Shown piece by piece: positions 41,065 through 50,514 of a stretch of DNA of 64,000 nucleotides. Both the position numbers and the translations under genes were made by a program. How positions within the stretch are numbered: the first letter of the stretch is position 1; every line of letters starts with the position of its first letter. This DNA comes from Candidatus Multivoradales bacterium (GTDB lineage Bacteria; Acidobacteriota; Thermoanaerobaculia; Multivoradales; JAHEKO01): positions 2,112,001 to 2,176,000 of the forward strand of contig CBDCXM010000009.1 in assembly GCA_965223855.1 (NCBI GenBank), given 5' to 3'. Under the pieces are notes generated by a model. That model was not told the DNA's origin. It made no database searches and saw only the letters and a list, made by a program, of their open reading frames with translations.

Positions 41065-42492
41065 ATGAAGGGCAGAACTCTGGCGGTGCTCGCCGCGATC
41101 GTGGCGCTGCTGGCCGCGTTCGTATGGTTCGTCGAACGCGACCTTCCCGGCAGCGACGAGCGAGCCGAGCTGGCGAAGAGGGTGCTCGACTTCGACGGCG
41201 ACGAGGTCGATGCGGTGGAGTGGAGTGCCGACGGCGAATCGCTCCGTCTCGAACGCGGGGACGCGGGCTGGCGGCTCACGGCACCGCTCGACACGCGGGC
41301 CGACACCGGCCTCGCAGACGGCTGGGTCGAGCAGTTGACGACCCTCGAGAAGCAGCGCACCCTGGAGGGGACCTCCGCCGCCGCCGTCGGTCTCGCGCCT
41401 CCCGCGGCGACGGTTTCGATCGAGGTCGACGGCGAGGATCGTTTGCTGCTCGTCGGCGGGCGGCTTCCGGCTTCCGACCTGCGGGTGGTCGCCGCCTCCG
41501 AGGCTGGACCGTTCTGGGTGGTGGAGGACACTCTCGACGAGTCGATGATGCGTGCGGTCGACGACTGGCGCAGCCGCGACCTGTGGCCGGGAAGCGCCGC
41601 GGAGGTCGAGCGGCTCACCCTGACGACGGCGGACAGCGAGCTCGAGCTTGCACGTCGTGAGGGGGACTTCTGGCTCGAGGCGCCGATCGAGGACCGGGCG
41701 GATCCGGGGACCGTGCGACGGCTGCTCGACCGATTGGCGGGAGCGCAGGTGGAGCGCTTCGTCGCCGCTTCCGAGTCGCAGGTCGCCGCGCTCGAGAGCC
41801 CCGAAGCGGTAGTGACGATCGAGCAGAAATCGGGAGAGATCTGGACCCTCGAGATCGGGCCGTCGGTGTCCGAACCTCCGGTCGGCGATCCCGAAGCCTC
41901 AAATCCCGAAACCTCCGATGCCGAGGTGATGCCTGCCGACGGCGACGCCGGGGTGGCCCCAAGCTCCGTGCGGCTGGCTCGTGCCGAGAACTCCGTGCTC
42001 ACCGTCGACGATCCTCTGGCCGAGGCGTGGACTCTCGCCGTCGACGAGTGGCGATCCCTGGAGCTGGCGACGCTCGAAGTGTTCGAGATCGACCGGGTGA
42101 CGGCGATCGACGAAGCGGGCACCGTGATTCTCGATCGGGTCGACGGGCAGTGGTCGCGGGACGGCGAGGCGATCGCGGCGACCACCGTGAGCGATCTGCT
42201 CTACGCGCTCACTGGAGCGAAAGCGGTGGCGGTCGACGCTCCCGACTCGTCGGTCGATCCTCTGCTGACGCTCACCCTCGGAGGCAGTGCCGGAGACGAG
42301 CGGCTCGAGATCCTGCCGGCGATCGACGATCGCCATCCGGCTCGGACGAGCGGTCGAACGGCCCTGGTCTGGGTCGAAGGTGCGGTCTACCGCGACCTGC
42401 GCTCGAAGCTGCTGGAGGTCCGCGCCGCGCCGGTCGAAGGGGCCGCGGTGGAGCCTCAGGCCGACGCTCCGACGGCTCCTGAGGGCGGCTAG
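41065..42492 (+). CDS. DUF4340 domain protein
   Basis: Repeated W.LTAP...RAD / WRSR units; usual position after gldG. Confidence 0.82.
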   Translation: MKGRTLAVLAAIVALLAAFVWFVERDLPGSDERAELAKRVLDFDGDEVDAVEWSADGESLRLERGDAGWRLTAPLDTRADTGLADGWVEQLTTLEKQRTLEGTSAAAVGLAPPAATVSIEVDGEDRLLLVGGRLPASDLRVVAASEAGPFWVVEDTLDESMMRAVDDWRSRDLWPGSAAEVERLTLTTADSELELARREGDFWLEAPIEDRADPGTVRRLLDRLAGAQVERFVAASESQVAALESPEAVVTIEQKSGEIWTLEIGPSVSEPPVGDPEASNPETSDAEVMPADGDAGVAPSSVRLARAENSVLTVDDPLAEAWTLAVDEWRSLELATLEVFEIDRVTAIDEAGTVILDRVDGQWSRDGEAIAATTVSDLLYALTGAKAVAVDAPDSSVDPLLTLTLGGSAGDERLEILPAIDDRHPARTSGRTALVWVEGAVYRDLRSKLLEVRAAPVEGAAVEPQADAPTAPEGG

Positions 42493-42668
42493 CGAGCGGC
42501 CCGACCGGCGGCTTCGGCGAGCGGCTTTCGGCGCCGCGGCACCTCTTCCGGTCGGGCCTCTTTCGACGGTTCGAAATCGCTGAGTAATCAGTCACTTCCG
42601 GCCTGCCGGCGCCGGGTTGCGGGCAGGCTAACTGTGCATGGACAAAGGGGGATTCTCGACGGCCTCTC

Positions 42669-42715
42669 GCACAACATGTTGTGCCGTTCGCTTGACAAAC
42701 CACAGCATGTGGGGC
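42669..42715 (+). promoter_or_regulatory. Tandem NrdR boxes
   Basis: Perfect palindrome gcacaacatgttgtgc (42669-42684) and ccacagcatgtggggc (42700-42715), 31 bp apart, upstream of nrdJ. Confidence 0.85.
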
Positions 42716-42720
42716 ATCGT
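42692..42720 (+). promoter_or_regulatory. Sigma70-type promoter for nrdJ
   Basis: TTGACA-N17-CATCGT, overlapped by NrdR box 2. Confidence 0.65.
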
Positions 42721-42811
42721 TGTCGCCTCTTCAAAACGCGATTTCAAACCGAGTCGGGGCGGAAAAACGCGGAATGTCTGTGTCTGATGGACCGGTGGAG
42801 GTAGCGAGGAA

Positions 42812-45604
42812 ATGACGATGGAGCCAACCCCTGAAGCGAGCGTGAGGTCGACCGACGAGGCCGTGGCAGCCCAGCGCGCCAGGACCGCCAAAGGCAGCAG
42901 GAAGGCCACTCAGGGGTTGCGCTTCGAGCGCTACTACACTCGCACCGGAGTCGATCCGTTCGACGCCGTCGATTGGGAGACTCGCGATGCCGTGATCGCC
43001 AACGAGAAGGGCGAGAAGGTCTTCGAGCAACTCGGCGTCGAGGTGCCGAGCTTCTGGAGTCAGACGGCGACCAACGTCGTCGTGAGCAAGTATTTCCGCG
43101 GTCCCCTCGGCACGCCTGAGCGCGAGGCGAGCGTCCGCCAGCTGATTTCGCGGGTGACCGACCGGATGAAGGCGTGGGGGAGCGAAGGAGGCTACTTCGC
43201 CTCCGACGAGGACGCCGAGACCTTCCACGACGAACTCACCCACATGCTGCTCCACCAGATGGTGTGCTTCAACTCCCCGGTGTGGTTCAACGTCGGGATC
43301 GAGGAGCAGCCGCAGTGCTCGGCGTGCTTCATCAACTCGGTCGAAGACACGATGCCGTCGATCCTCAAGCTCGCCAAGACCGAGGGGATGTTGTTCAAGT
43401 TCGGCTCCGGCACCGGCAGCAACCTGTCGACGATCCGCTCGTCGAAGGAGATGCTCGCCGGCGGCGGCACCGCCTCGGGCCCGGTCTCCTTCATGAAGGG
43501 CTTCGACGCCTTCGCCGGCGTGATCAAGAGCGGCGGCAAGACGCGCCGCGCCGCCAAGATGGTGATCCTGAACGTCGATCATCCCGACATCGTCGAGTTC
43601 ATCAACTGCAAGGAGGTCGAGGAGCGCAAGGCGTGGGCGCTGATCGACGCCGGCTACGAGGGCGGCTTCAACGTCCCGGGCGGCGCCTACGACTCGGTCT
43701 TCTACCAGAACGCCAACCACTCGGTGCGGGTGACCGACGAGTTCATGCAGGCTGTGGTCGACGACTCCGACTGGACGACGCGTGCCGTCACCTCCGGCGA
43801 TCCCGTGGAGACGATGAGCGCCCGCGAGGTGATGCGCCAGATCAGCCAGTCGACCTGGCTGTGCGGCGACCCCGGCCTCCAGTACGACACGGCGATCAAC
43901 GACTGGCACACCTGCGCCAACACCGACCGGATCCACGCCAGCAACCCGTGCAGCGAGTACATGTTCCTCAACGACACGGCGTGCAACCTGGCGTCGATCA
44001 ACCTGATGAAGTACTACGACGCCGATTCCGAGCGCTTCGACGTCGACAGCTTCCGCCACACCTGCGAGGTGCTGATCACGGCGCAGGAGATCGTCGTCGA
44101 TTTCGCGAGCTATCCGACGCCGAAGATCGAAGAGAACTCACACGCCTACCGGCCGCTCGGCATCGGCTTCGCCAACCTCGGTGCGTTGCTGATGGCGCGC
44201 GGTCTGCCCTACGACTCGGAGGCCGGCCGCGACTACGCCGGTGCGATCACGGCCATGATGTCGGGCTTCTCGTATGCTCAGTCGTCGCGGGTCGCCGAGG
44301 CGATCGGCCCGTTCGCCGGCTTCGAAGACAACGCCGAACCGTGCCTGCGCGTGATGCGCAAGCACGGCGACTCGGTCCAGCAGCTCGACCCGGCGCACGT
44401 GCCGCTCGAGATGCTCCAGGGCGCCAAGGGTGCCTGGGAGGAAGTCGTGCAGCGGGGGGAGAAGAGCGGGCTGCGCAACGCGCAGATCTCGGTCGTCGCG
44501 CCCACCGGAACGATCGCCTTCATGATGGATTGCGACACCACCGGCATCGAGCCGGACATCGCTCTCGTCAAGTACAAGAAGCTCGTCGGCGGCGGCCTGA
44601 TCAAGATCGTCAACAACACCGTGCCGGTGGCGCTCAAGCGGCTGGGTTACGACAAGGCCGAGATCCAGGAGATCGTCGAGTTCATCGACGAGCACGACAC
44701 GATCGAAGGGGCACCGCACCTCAAGGACGAGCACCTGGCGGTCTTCGACTGCGCCTTCAAGCCGGCCAACGGTGCGCGCTCGATCCACCACATGGGTCAC
44801 CTCAAGATGCTCGGCGCCGTGCAGCCGTTCATCTCCGGCGCGATCAGCAAGACGATCAACATGCCGGAAGACTCGACCGTCGACGAGGTGATGGAGGCCT
44901 ACATCGAGGGTTGGAAGCTGGGCCTCAAGGCGGTCGCGATCTATCGCGACAACTGCAAGCGCAGCCAGCCTCTGTCGACGAGCCGCGAGAGCGGCAAGGC
45001 GGAGTCCACCGGTGAGGGGCAGCCTCTGCGCACGAAGCTTCCCGACGAGCGCCAGGCGTTGACCCACAAGTTCTCGGTCAACGGCAACGAGGGCTACCTC
45101 ACGGTGGGCCTCTTCGAGAACGGAATGCCGGGCGAGATCTTCATCGTCATGGCGAAGGAAGGGTCGACGATCTCGGGCCTGATGGATGCCTTCGCAACGG
45201 CGATCTCGATCGCGCTGCAGTACGGCGTGCCGCTCCAGACGCTGGTCGACAAGTTCACGCACACCCGCTTCGAGCCGTCCGGGTTCACCAACAATCCGGA
45301 GATCCCGATGGCGAAGTCGGTCATGGACTACATCTTCCGCTGGCTCGCCTCGAAGTTCCTCAGTCGCGAGAGCCAGCAGCAGGCGGGTGTGATCCTCCGC
45401 GATCCGCTCGAAGGGGCAGAGGCGGGCACCGCTGACGCTTCAGCGGTCGCCGAGCCGGCACCCTCCGACGGCAACGGGCACTCCAAGGTGACCTTCCTCT
45501 TCCAGCAGGACGCTCCGAGCTGTCACGACTGCGGCGCGATCATGGTGCGCAACGGCAGTTGCTACAAGTGCCTCGAGTGCGGCACCACCAGCGGCTGCAG
45601 TTGA
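42812..45604 (+). CDS. nrdJ: Class II (adenosylcobalamin-dependent) ribonucleotide reductase
   Basis: FNSPVWFN, QCSACFI, SNPCSEY, TACNLAS, APTGTI, ISKTIN, C-terminal TSCPD-like region and CHDC..CLEC..GCS tail. Confidence 0.97.
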   Translation: MTMEPTPEASVRSTDEAVAAQRARTAKGSRKATQGLRFERYYTRTGVDPFDAVDWETRDAVIANEKGEKVFEQLGVEVPSFWSQTATNVVVSKYFRGPLGTPEREASVRQLISRVTDRMKAWGSEGGYFASDEDAETFHDELTHMLLHQMVCFNSPVWFNVGIEEQPQCSACFINSVEDTMPSILKLAKTEGMLFKFGSGTGSNLSTIRSSKEMLAGGGTASGPVSFMKGFDAFAGVIKSGGKTRRAAKMVILNVDHPDIVEFINCKEVEERKAWALIDAGYEGGFNVPGGAYDSVFYQNANHSVRVTDEFMQAVVDDSDWTTRAVTSGDPVETMSAREVMRQISQSTWLCGDPGLQYDTAINDWHTCANTDRIHASNPCSEYMFLNDTACNLASINLMKYYDADSERFDVDSFRHTCEVLITAQEIVVDFASYPTPKIEENSHAYRPLGIGFANLGALLMARGLPYDSEAGRDYAGAITAMMSGFSYAQSSRVAEAIGPFAGFEDNAEPCLRVMRKHGDSVQQLDPAHVPLEMLQGAKGAWEEVVQRGEKSGLRNAQISVVAPTGTIAFMMDCDTTGIEPDIALVKYKKLVGGGLIKIVNNTVPVALKRLGYDKAEIQEIVEFIDEHDTIEGAPHLKDEHLAVFDCAFKPANGARSIHHMGHLKMLGAVQPFISGAISKTINMPEDSTVDEVMEAYIEGWKLGLKAVAIYRDNCKRSQPLSTSRESGKAESTGEGQPLRTKLPDERQALTHKFSVNGNEGYLTVGLFENGMPGEIFIVMAKEGSTISGLMDAFATAISIALQYGVPLQTLVDKFTHTRFEPSGFTNNPEIPMAKSVMDYIFRWLASKFLSRESQQQAGVILRDPLEGAEAGTADASAVAEPAPSDGNGHSKVTFLFQQDAPSCHDCGAIMVRNGSCYKCLECGTTSGCS

Positions 45605-45638
45605 CCCGGCAGGAGCGCGGCGGGAGGCAGGCCTTGTC

Positions 45639-46256
45639 GTGCATCGTGGGAGCCCTTCGTTGAGCGCGGAGCGAGATGGCGGCACTTCCCGTCCGAGCCT
45701 CGGATGGATCCTCATCGCCGCGGTGGTCTCGGTCGCTCTGGGCTACGGGCTTCGAAAGGCGGTCGACTCCAGCGCGCCCGCCGTGCGCGGTGGGCATCCA
45801 TCCGGCGGAGCCGTGTCGGGTTCCGAATCCGCTCCCGAACGCCCGACCCGGCTCGAGTTCGATCTCGAGCGTCTCGAGGGCGGGCGCGCTACGGCGGGAG
45901 ACTTCTCGAGCGAGGTGCTCGTCGTCGACTTCTGGGCGACCTGGTGCGGCCCGTGTCGCGCCCAGGCGGACATTCTCCACGAACTGGCCGAGGAGTACGC
46001 CGAGGCCTCAGTGGCGTTCGTAGCGCTCAACGTGGGCGAGCCGATGGAACTGGTGCGCGACTTCGTGGCCGACACTCCGTTCGGCTACCCGGTGCTCCTC
46101 GATCCGACCGAAAGGCTTGGGGGCCGCTACGGCATCTATGCGCTGCCGACGGTGATGGTCGTCGACCGGGACAAGACGATCCGCTACCAGCACATGGGCA
46201 TCTCGAGCGCGGCGACCCTGCGCGTCGAGATCGATCGCGTCCTCGAAGACGGCTGA
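45639..46256 (+). CDS. TlpA-family membrane-anchored thiol-disulfide oxidoreductase
   Basis: DFWATWCGPC, YGIYALPT; N-terminal TM; start uncertain. Confidence 0.92.
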   Translation: MHRGSPSLSAERDGGTSRPSLGWILIAAVVSVALGYGLRKAVDSSAPAVRGGHPSGGAVSGSESAPERPTRLEFDLERLEGGRATAGDFSSEVLVVDFWATWCGPCRAQADILHELAEEYAEASVAFVALNVGEPMELVRDFVADTPFGYPVLLDPTERLGGRYGIYALPTVMVVDRDKTIRYQHMGISSAATLRVEIDRVLEDG

Positions 46257-46371
46257 TCGGCCTGCAGCCGAGGAGCCGATCGAGCAGGGAAGGCCACTCT
46301 GGCCAAGACCTCTCGAGCGACGGCCCCGGGAGGGGCCGCCGTCGAGTGCACAGCGCCAGGCGAGAGCCGCG

Positions 46372-46989
46372 CTACTTCAGTACGACGAGCGCGACGCGCC
46401 GGTTCTGGGCGCGTCCGTCGCGGTTGCCGTTGTCGGCGACCGGAGCCGATTCACCGTAGGAGATGACCGACATCCGGTGCAGGGCGAAGCCGTGGTTGGC
46501 GCTCAGGTAGTGGCGCACCGCCTCGGCCCGCTGCTCGCCGAGCTTCCGGTTGTACTCCTCGGAGCCGGTCGAGTCGGTGTGGCCCTGGATCTCGATGAAG
46601 ACGTTCTCGTTCTCGGCCTTGAGCTCGGCGGCGAACTCGTCGAGCGCCGCCTGGGCTTCCGGGCTGAGATCGGACCGGTCGACGGCAAAGCGGAACTTGT
46701 CGGAAGACAGCACGGTCTCGAAGAGGAACTTGCCCTCCGCGAGCTGCCCCGCTTCGACGGCGCGGTCGTAGGCGTCGCGCGCGGTCTGCGAAGCCTCGGC
46801 GAGACGCTCCTCGTTCTCCTCGATCGCGGACTGGTTCTCTTCGACCTGGGTCTCGATCTCGTCGACGCGCTCCGCGGTCCGGGCCTCGGACATGTCGATC
46901 TCGCTTTGCACGTACTTCTTGGTGGCGCAGCCGGTCGCAACGATCAGGACGATGGCGACCAGGGCAATGAAGTGAAGCTGTCGTTTCAC
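46372..46989 (-). CDS. OmpA-family lipoprotein
   Basis: Lipobox ATGC, coiled coil, IQGHTDSTG..YN..LGEQRA, SYGE, NRRV. Confidence 0.94.
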   Translation of the reverse strand: MKRQLHFIALVAIVLIVATGCATKKYVQSEIDMSEARTAERVDEIETQVEENQSAIEENEERLAEASQTARDAYDRAVEAGQLAEGKFLFETVLSSDKFRFAVDRSDLSPEAQAALDEFAAELKAENENVFIEIQGHTDSTGSEEYNRKLGEQRAEAVRHYLSANHGFALHRMSVISYGESAPVADNGNRDGRAQNRRVALVVLK

Positions 46990-48065
46990 GGTTTGGATCC
47001 TCCTTCGGCGCTCTCTCGGGTGGGTCGGCGCATTCTAGTCGGAGCCGTCCCTTCATAGCTATGACGGTAGCGGACCTCGAACTTCTTCTTCCGACCGGCG
47101 AGCGAGACTTCGATCTTGCGCCGGCCGACCTTGCCCTCGCCGCTGGTGGGGAACCCGAGGATGTACTGGTAGCGGAGGCTCTCGACGATCTCGCCGCAGG
47201 CGCGGACGATCTGCGTCTCCGACTCCACCGGGTGATAGCCGCCCCCGGTCGCCCAGCCGATCAGGTTGAGCATGTCGGCGAGGCGATGCACCTTGTCGCC
47301 CTCCCGGGTGATCTCGAAGGCGCTGCCGGTGTCGAGGCCGATGACGTGCACGGGGACCTCGGCCTGCCGCACCTCCCGGCGCGCCTCGTTGGCCAGCAGC
47401 ACGCTCGCATTGTCGACCCCGTCGGTCACCAGAATGACCGCGCGGCGGGGCGAGGTGCGCGAGTGGACCAGATCGGGTAGCCAGGCGACGGCGTCGTGCA
47501 GCGCGGTCCTGCCGAAACCGTCCCACGCCGTGATCGCCTCGCGGATGGAGCTCTCCGGCCCCGGAAACGGGACGTCGACGAAGAGACGCCGGTCGCTGAA
47601 GGTCGCGACCGCGAACTCGTCGCCGGGCCGGCTGCGCCGCAGCACGCATTCAACCAGCGTGCGACTCTGGTCGAGCTTGCCGCCGAGCCCCATGCTGCCG
47701 GAGAGATCCTGCAGGAAGAGCACGCCGATCGGCGCGCTGGCGCCGCTCTCGAACGAGTCGAAGGCGATCCGCCGACCGTCGACACGGAGCACGAAGTCCC
47801 GCGCGTCGAACTGGTCCTGAAAGCCGCTCGGCCCGTGGACGACGACGGGCACCAGCACGTAGCCGACCGAGACCTGCCCCTCGAAGCCGGGAGCGGGGTC
47901 GCTGCCGGGTGTCGTTGCGGGCGCCGGCTGTCGCGCTTCGGTCTCCGGCGCTTGCGCTTCCTGAGCCGCCACCGTCGACGCGTGTGGGAGACCGGTCACG
48001 GCGACCAGCAGCGCCGCTGCGACGGGGGATCGAAGAGAGCTCCTCTTTGCTAGCCTGCCTCCCAT
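46986..48065 (-). CDS. VWA-domain protein (acidobacterial VWFA-related type)
   Basis: VLVPVVV, DLSGSM (MIDAS), TALHDA, VTDGVDNAS, TGG, LRYQYILGF; start uncertain. Confidence 0.88.
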   Translation of the reverse strand: MGGRLAKRSSLRSPVAAALLVAVTGLPHASTVAAQEAQAPETEARQPAPATTPGSDPAPGFEGQVSVGYVLVPVVVHGPSGFQDQFDARDFVLRVDGRRIAFDSFESGASAPIGVLFLQDLSGSMGLGGKLDQSRTLVECVLRRSRPGDEFAVATFSDRRLFVDVPFPGPESSIREAITAWDGFGRTALHDAVAWLPDLVHSRTSPRRAVILVTDGVDNASVLLANEARREVRQAEVPVHVIGLDTGSAFEITREGDKVHRLADMLNLIGWATGGGYHPVESETQIVRACGEIVESLRYQYILGFPTSGEGKVGRRKIEVSLAGRKKKFEVRYRHSYEGTAPTRMRRPTRESAEGGSKP

Positions 48066-48324
48066 GGAAATCCCCGAGGGCACCACCCCGGTCAACATCC
48101 GGAACTTCTCGATCAAGTGCGGTCGGTGCGACACGTACCAGACTCTAAGTCACTTCGAGCAGCGGGGGGAGTGGAATGTCTACACCTACCTGTGCGAGAG
48201 CGAGATCTGCGACCCGGAAGTCACCCGCACCCTCGTCGAGGTGCCCTCCGCGATCGACGAATTCGCCAGCCGAGACCCGGGCTGGAGAGGGGGAGGGCGG
48301 CACGGTGAGTGGGGTGATGCCTGA
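48064..48324 (+). CDS. Small putative Zn-binding protein
   Basis: CGRC...CESEIC; host-like GC3 codon usage. Confidence 0.65.
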   Translation: MEIPEGTTPVNIRNFSIKCGRCDTYQTLSHFEQRGEWNVYTYLCESEICDPEVTRTLVEVPSAIDEFASRDPGWRGGGRHGEWGDA

Positions 48325-48517
48325 CCGATCGACCTCCCGCTGTCGAACTCTTCCGCTCCGCAGTGCTGTGTTATTCTGCGCCCTCTTCGAGAGGATCGCG
48401 CGCCCCCGAGCGCAGCCCGATCCGTTCACCTTTTCTCCATTCATCGACGTCGGTCGCAGGGCGGAGCTGCCGCGTTACCGCCTCTTCCGACGCCGCAGCC
48501 AACAGGGATCCTGATCC

Positions 48518-49582
48518 ATGAAGCGAATCGTGCACATCGTGGGAACCGGGACGATCGGCGAGCCTCTGATCGGCCTCTTCACCGACTTCGCCGACCGGTT
48601 CGGCATCGACGAGGTCACCTTTCACAAACGGACTCCTCTGGAGTCGGACCGCTCCCGGATCCAGCATCTGATGGACCGCGGTGCGAACCTCGTGACCGAG
48701 CCCGAATCGGTTCATGCCTTCGAAGGGATGGGGCAGAAGGTCAGCTACGAGGCGCAGGAGGCGCTCGAGCGCGCGACCGTCGTGATCGACTGCACCCCAG
48801 CCGGCAACGACAACAAGAAGAACCTCTACTCCAAGCTCTCCGGCCCGAAGGGGTTCCTGGCACAGGGGAGCGAGTTCGGCTTCGGCAAGCCGTATGCGAG
48901 GGGGGTCAACGACGAGGCGATGAGCGCCGAGGACGATCGCTTCGTCCAGGTCGTCTCCTGCAACACTCACAACATCACGACCCTCATCAAGACGCTGGCT
49001 GGAAACGACGAGGGCGGGATCGGGCTCGATCGTGGGACCTTCGTCTGCATGCGCCGTGCGAACGACATCACGCAGGCGGGGTCGTTCCTGCCCGCCCCCG
49101 CGGTCGGCAAGCACGGTGACGAGGAGTTCGGCACCCATCACGCTCGCGACGCCTACCATCTCTTCGAGACGATCGACACCAGGCTCGACCTGTTCTCGAG
49201 TGCCGTCAAGCTCAACACCCAGTACATGCACTCGATCTGGTTCAACCTCGTGCTCGACCACGACACGACGCTCGAGGAGGTCTACGACCGTCTGCGGGCG
49301 AACCACCGGGTGGCGGTGACCGACAAGCCGCACGCGAACCTGATCTTCAGCTTCGGTCGCGATCACGGCTACTACGGCCGGATCCTCTCGCAGACGGTGG
49401 TGGTGCTGCCGACACTCCTGGTGCGGCGCAAGCGCGAGATCGTCGGCTTCTGCTTCACTCCGCAGGACGGCAACTCGCTGCTGTCTTCGGTGGCCGCGGC
49501 GCTGTGGCGCATGAGCCTCGACTGGGACGACGTCGGCAAGCGGCTCGAGCCGATCCGGCGCTGGCTCTATCAGGAAATCTGA
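48518..49582 (+). CDS. Archaeal-type (type II) GAPDH-like dehydrogenase
   Basis: IVGTGTIG, VIDCTP, AQGSE, VVSCNT, RRAND, THHARD, MH. Confidence 0.82.
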   Translation: MKRIVHIVGTGTIGEPLIGLFTDFADRFGIDEVTFHKRTPLESDRSRIQHLMDRGANLVTEPESVHAFEGMGQKVSYEAQEALERATVVIDCTPAGNDNKKNLYSKLSGPKGFLAQGSEFGFGKPYARGVNDEAMSAEDDRFVQVVSCNTHNITTLIKTLAGNDEGGIGLDRGTFVCMRRANDITQAGSFLPAPAVGKHGDEEFGTHHARDAYHLFETIDTRLDLFSSAVKLNTQYMHSIWFNLVLDHDTTLEEVYDRLRANHRVAVTDKPHANLIFSFGRDHGYYGRILSQTVVVLPTLLVRRKREIVGFCFTPQDGNSLLSSVAAALWRMSLDWDDVGKRLEPIRRWLYQEI

Positions 49583-49617
49583 GAGCCGCCCGAACGGCGC
49601 CGCGCAGTAGGGCTCAA

Positions 49618-50430
49618 GTGCGCTGGAACTTCGGCAGCCTCAGTCTCGAGGGTGAGTCTCGTGGCGGCGACCGGACCTGGTTCCGGGTGCAACCGCCCGG
49701 AATCGCGTTCGACGCGGGTCGAGGAGCGCTGCCGCTGGCCGGCACCCGCCACCTCTTTATCAGCCACGGCCACCTCGATCACTGCCTCGGCGTACCGTTC
49801 ATCCTCTCCTACCGGGCGCGGCACGGAGGGGAGCCGACGGTCGTCGTCTGCCCGCGCCCCGTCGCCGGGAGGCTCGAGGCTCTGATCGAGAGTGCCTCTC
49901 GCCTCGAGGAGCACGACTACCACTACGAAGTTCACGGCTTCGAACCGGGCGACGAGATGGTGGTGGGAAGCTACCGGGTCGTAGCCTTTCCGACCGACCA
50001 TGTCGTCCCGAGTCTCGGCTACAAGCTTGTTCGGGGCCGGCGTCGTTTGCGTCCCCGGTTCGAGGGGCTCCCGAGCGAGGAACTGAAGGCACTGCGCGAG
50101 CGGGGCATGGAGATCGAGCACCGCGTCGAGGAGACGTGGCTCGCCTACTGTGGTGACACTGGTCGGGGGATCTTCGACCTTGCGCCCGAGATCGGCGAGA
50201 GCGAGGTGCTGGTGATCGAGTGCACCTTCCTCGACCCCGCCCATCGCGACAAGGCGCGCGAGTTCGGCCACCTCCACTTCGAAGATCTGGTGGAGCACCG
50301 GGACCTCTTCGACAACCGACATCTGGTGCTGTGCCATCTGAGCCGCCGGCACTCGGAGGGTGAGCTTCGCCGTGAGGTCGAAGCGCGGCTGCCGGAGCTG
50401 GCGTCGAGAGTGGTGCTGGCCGTAGCCTGA
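49618..50430 (+). CDS. MBL-fold hydrolase, RNase Z-like
   Basis: FISHGHLDH, TDHVVPSLGY, YCGDT, IECTF, HLH, LCHLSRRH. Confidence 0.88.
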   Translation: MRWNFGSLSLEGESRGGDRTWFRVQPPGIAFDAGRGALPLAGTRHLFISHGHLDHCLGVPFILSYRARHGGEPTVVVCPRPVAGRLEALIESASRLEEHDYHYEVHGFEPGDEMVVGSYRVVAFPTDHVVPSLGYKLVRGRRRLRPRFEGLPSEELKALRERGMEIEHRVEETWLAYCGDTGRGIFDLAPEIGESEVLVIECTFLDPAHRDKAREFGHLHFEDLVEHRDLFDNRHLVLCHLSRRHSEGELRREVEARLPELASRVVLAVA

Positions 50431-50440
50431 GGAAGGCCGG

Positions 50441-50514
50441 ATGAGCCAGCGCCAGATGAGCACAGGAGCACAAGAGCAGGGGCAGATGAGCAGCGGCAGA
50501 TGAGCAAGCGTGGC
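50441..50514 (+). repeat. ~15-bp period ATGAGC repeats forming a 20-codon uORF
   Basis: atgagc at 50441, 50456, 50486 and 50500; uORF 50441-50503 ends in an ATGA overlap with the 50500 start. Confidence 0.55.

Noticed and set aside
37794-42492. Gliding motility system
   Set aside because: GldA/F/G-like ABC plus DUF4340 is widespread in non-gliding bacteria; no motor genes present
42493-42811. Cobalamin riboswitch before nrdJ
   Set aside because: No B12-box; the region is explained by the promoter and NrdR boxes
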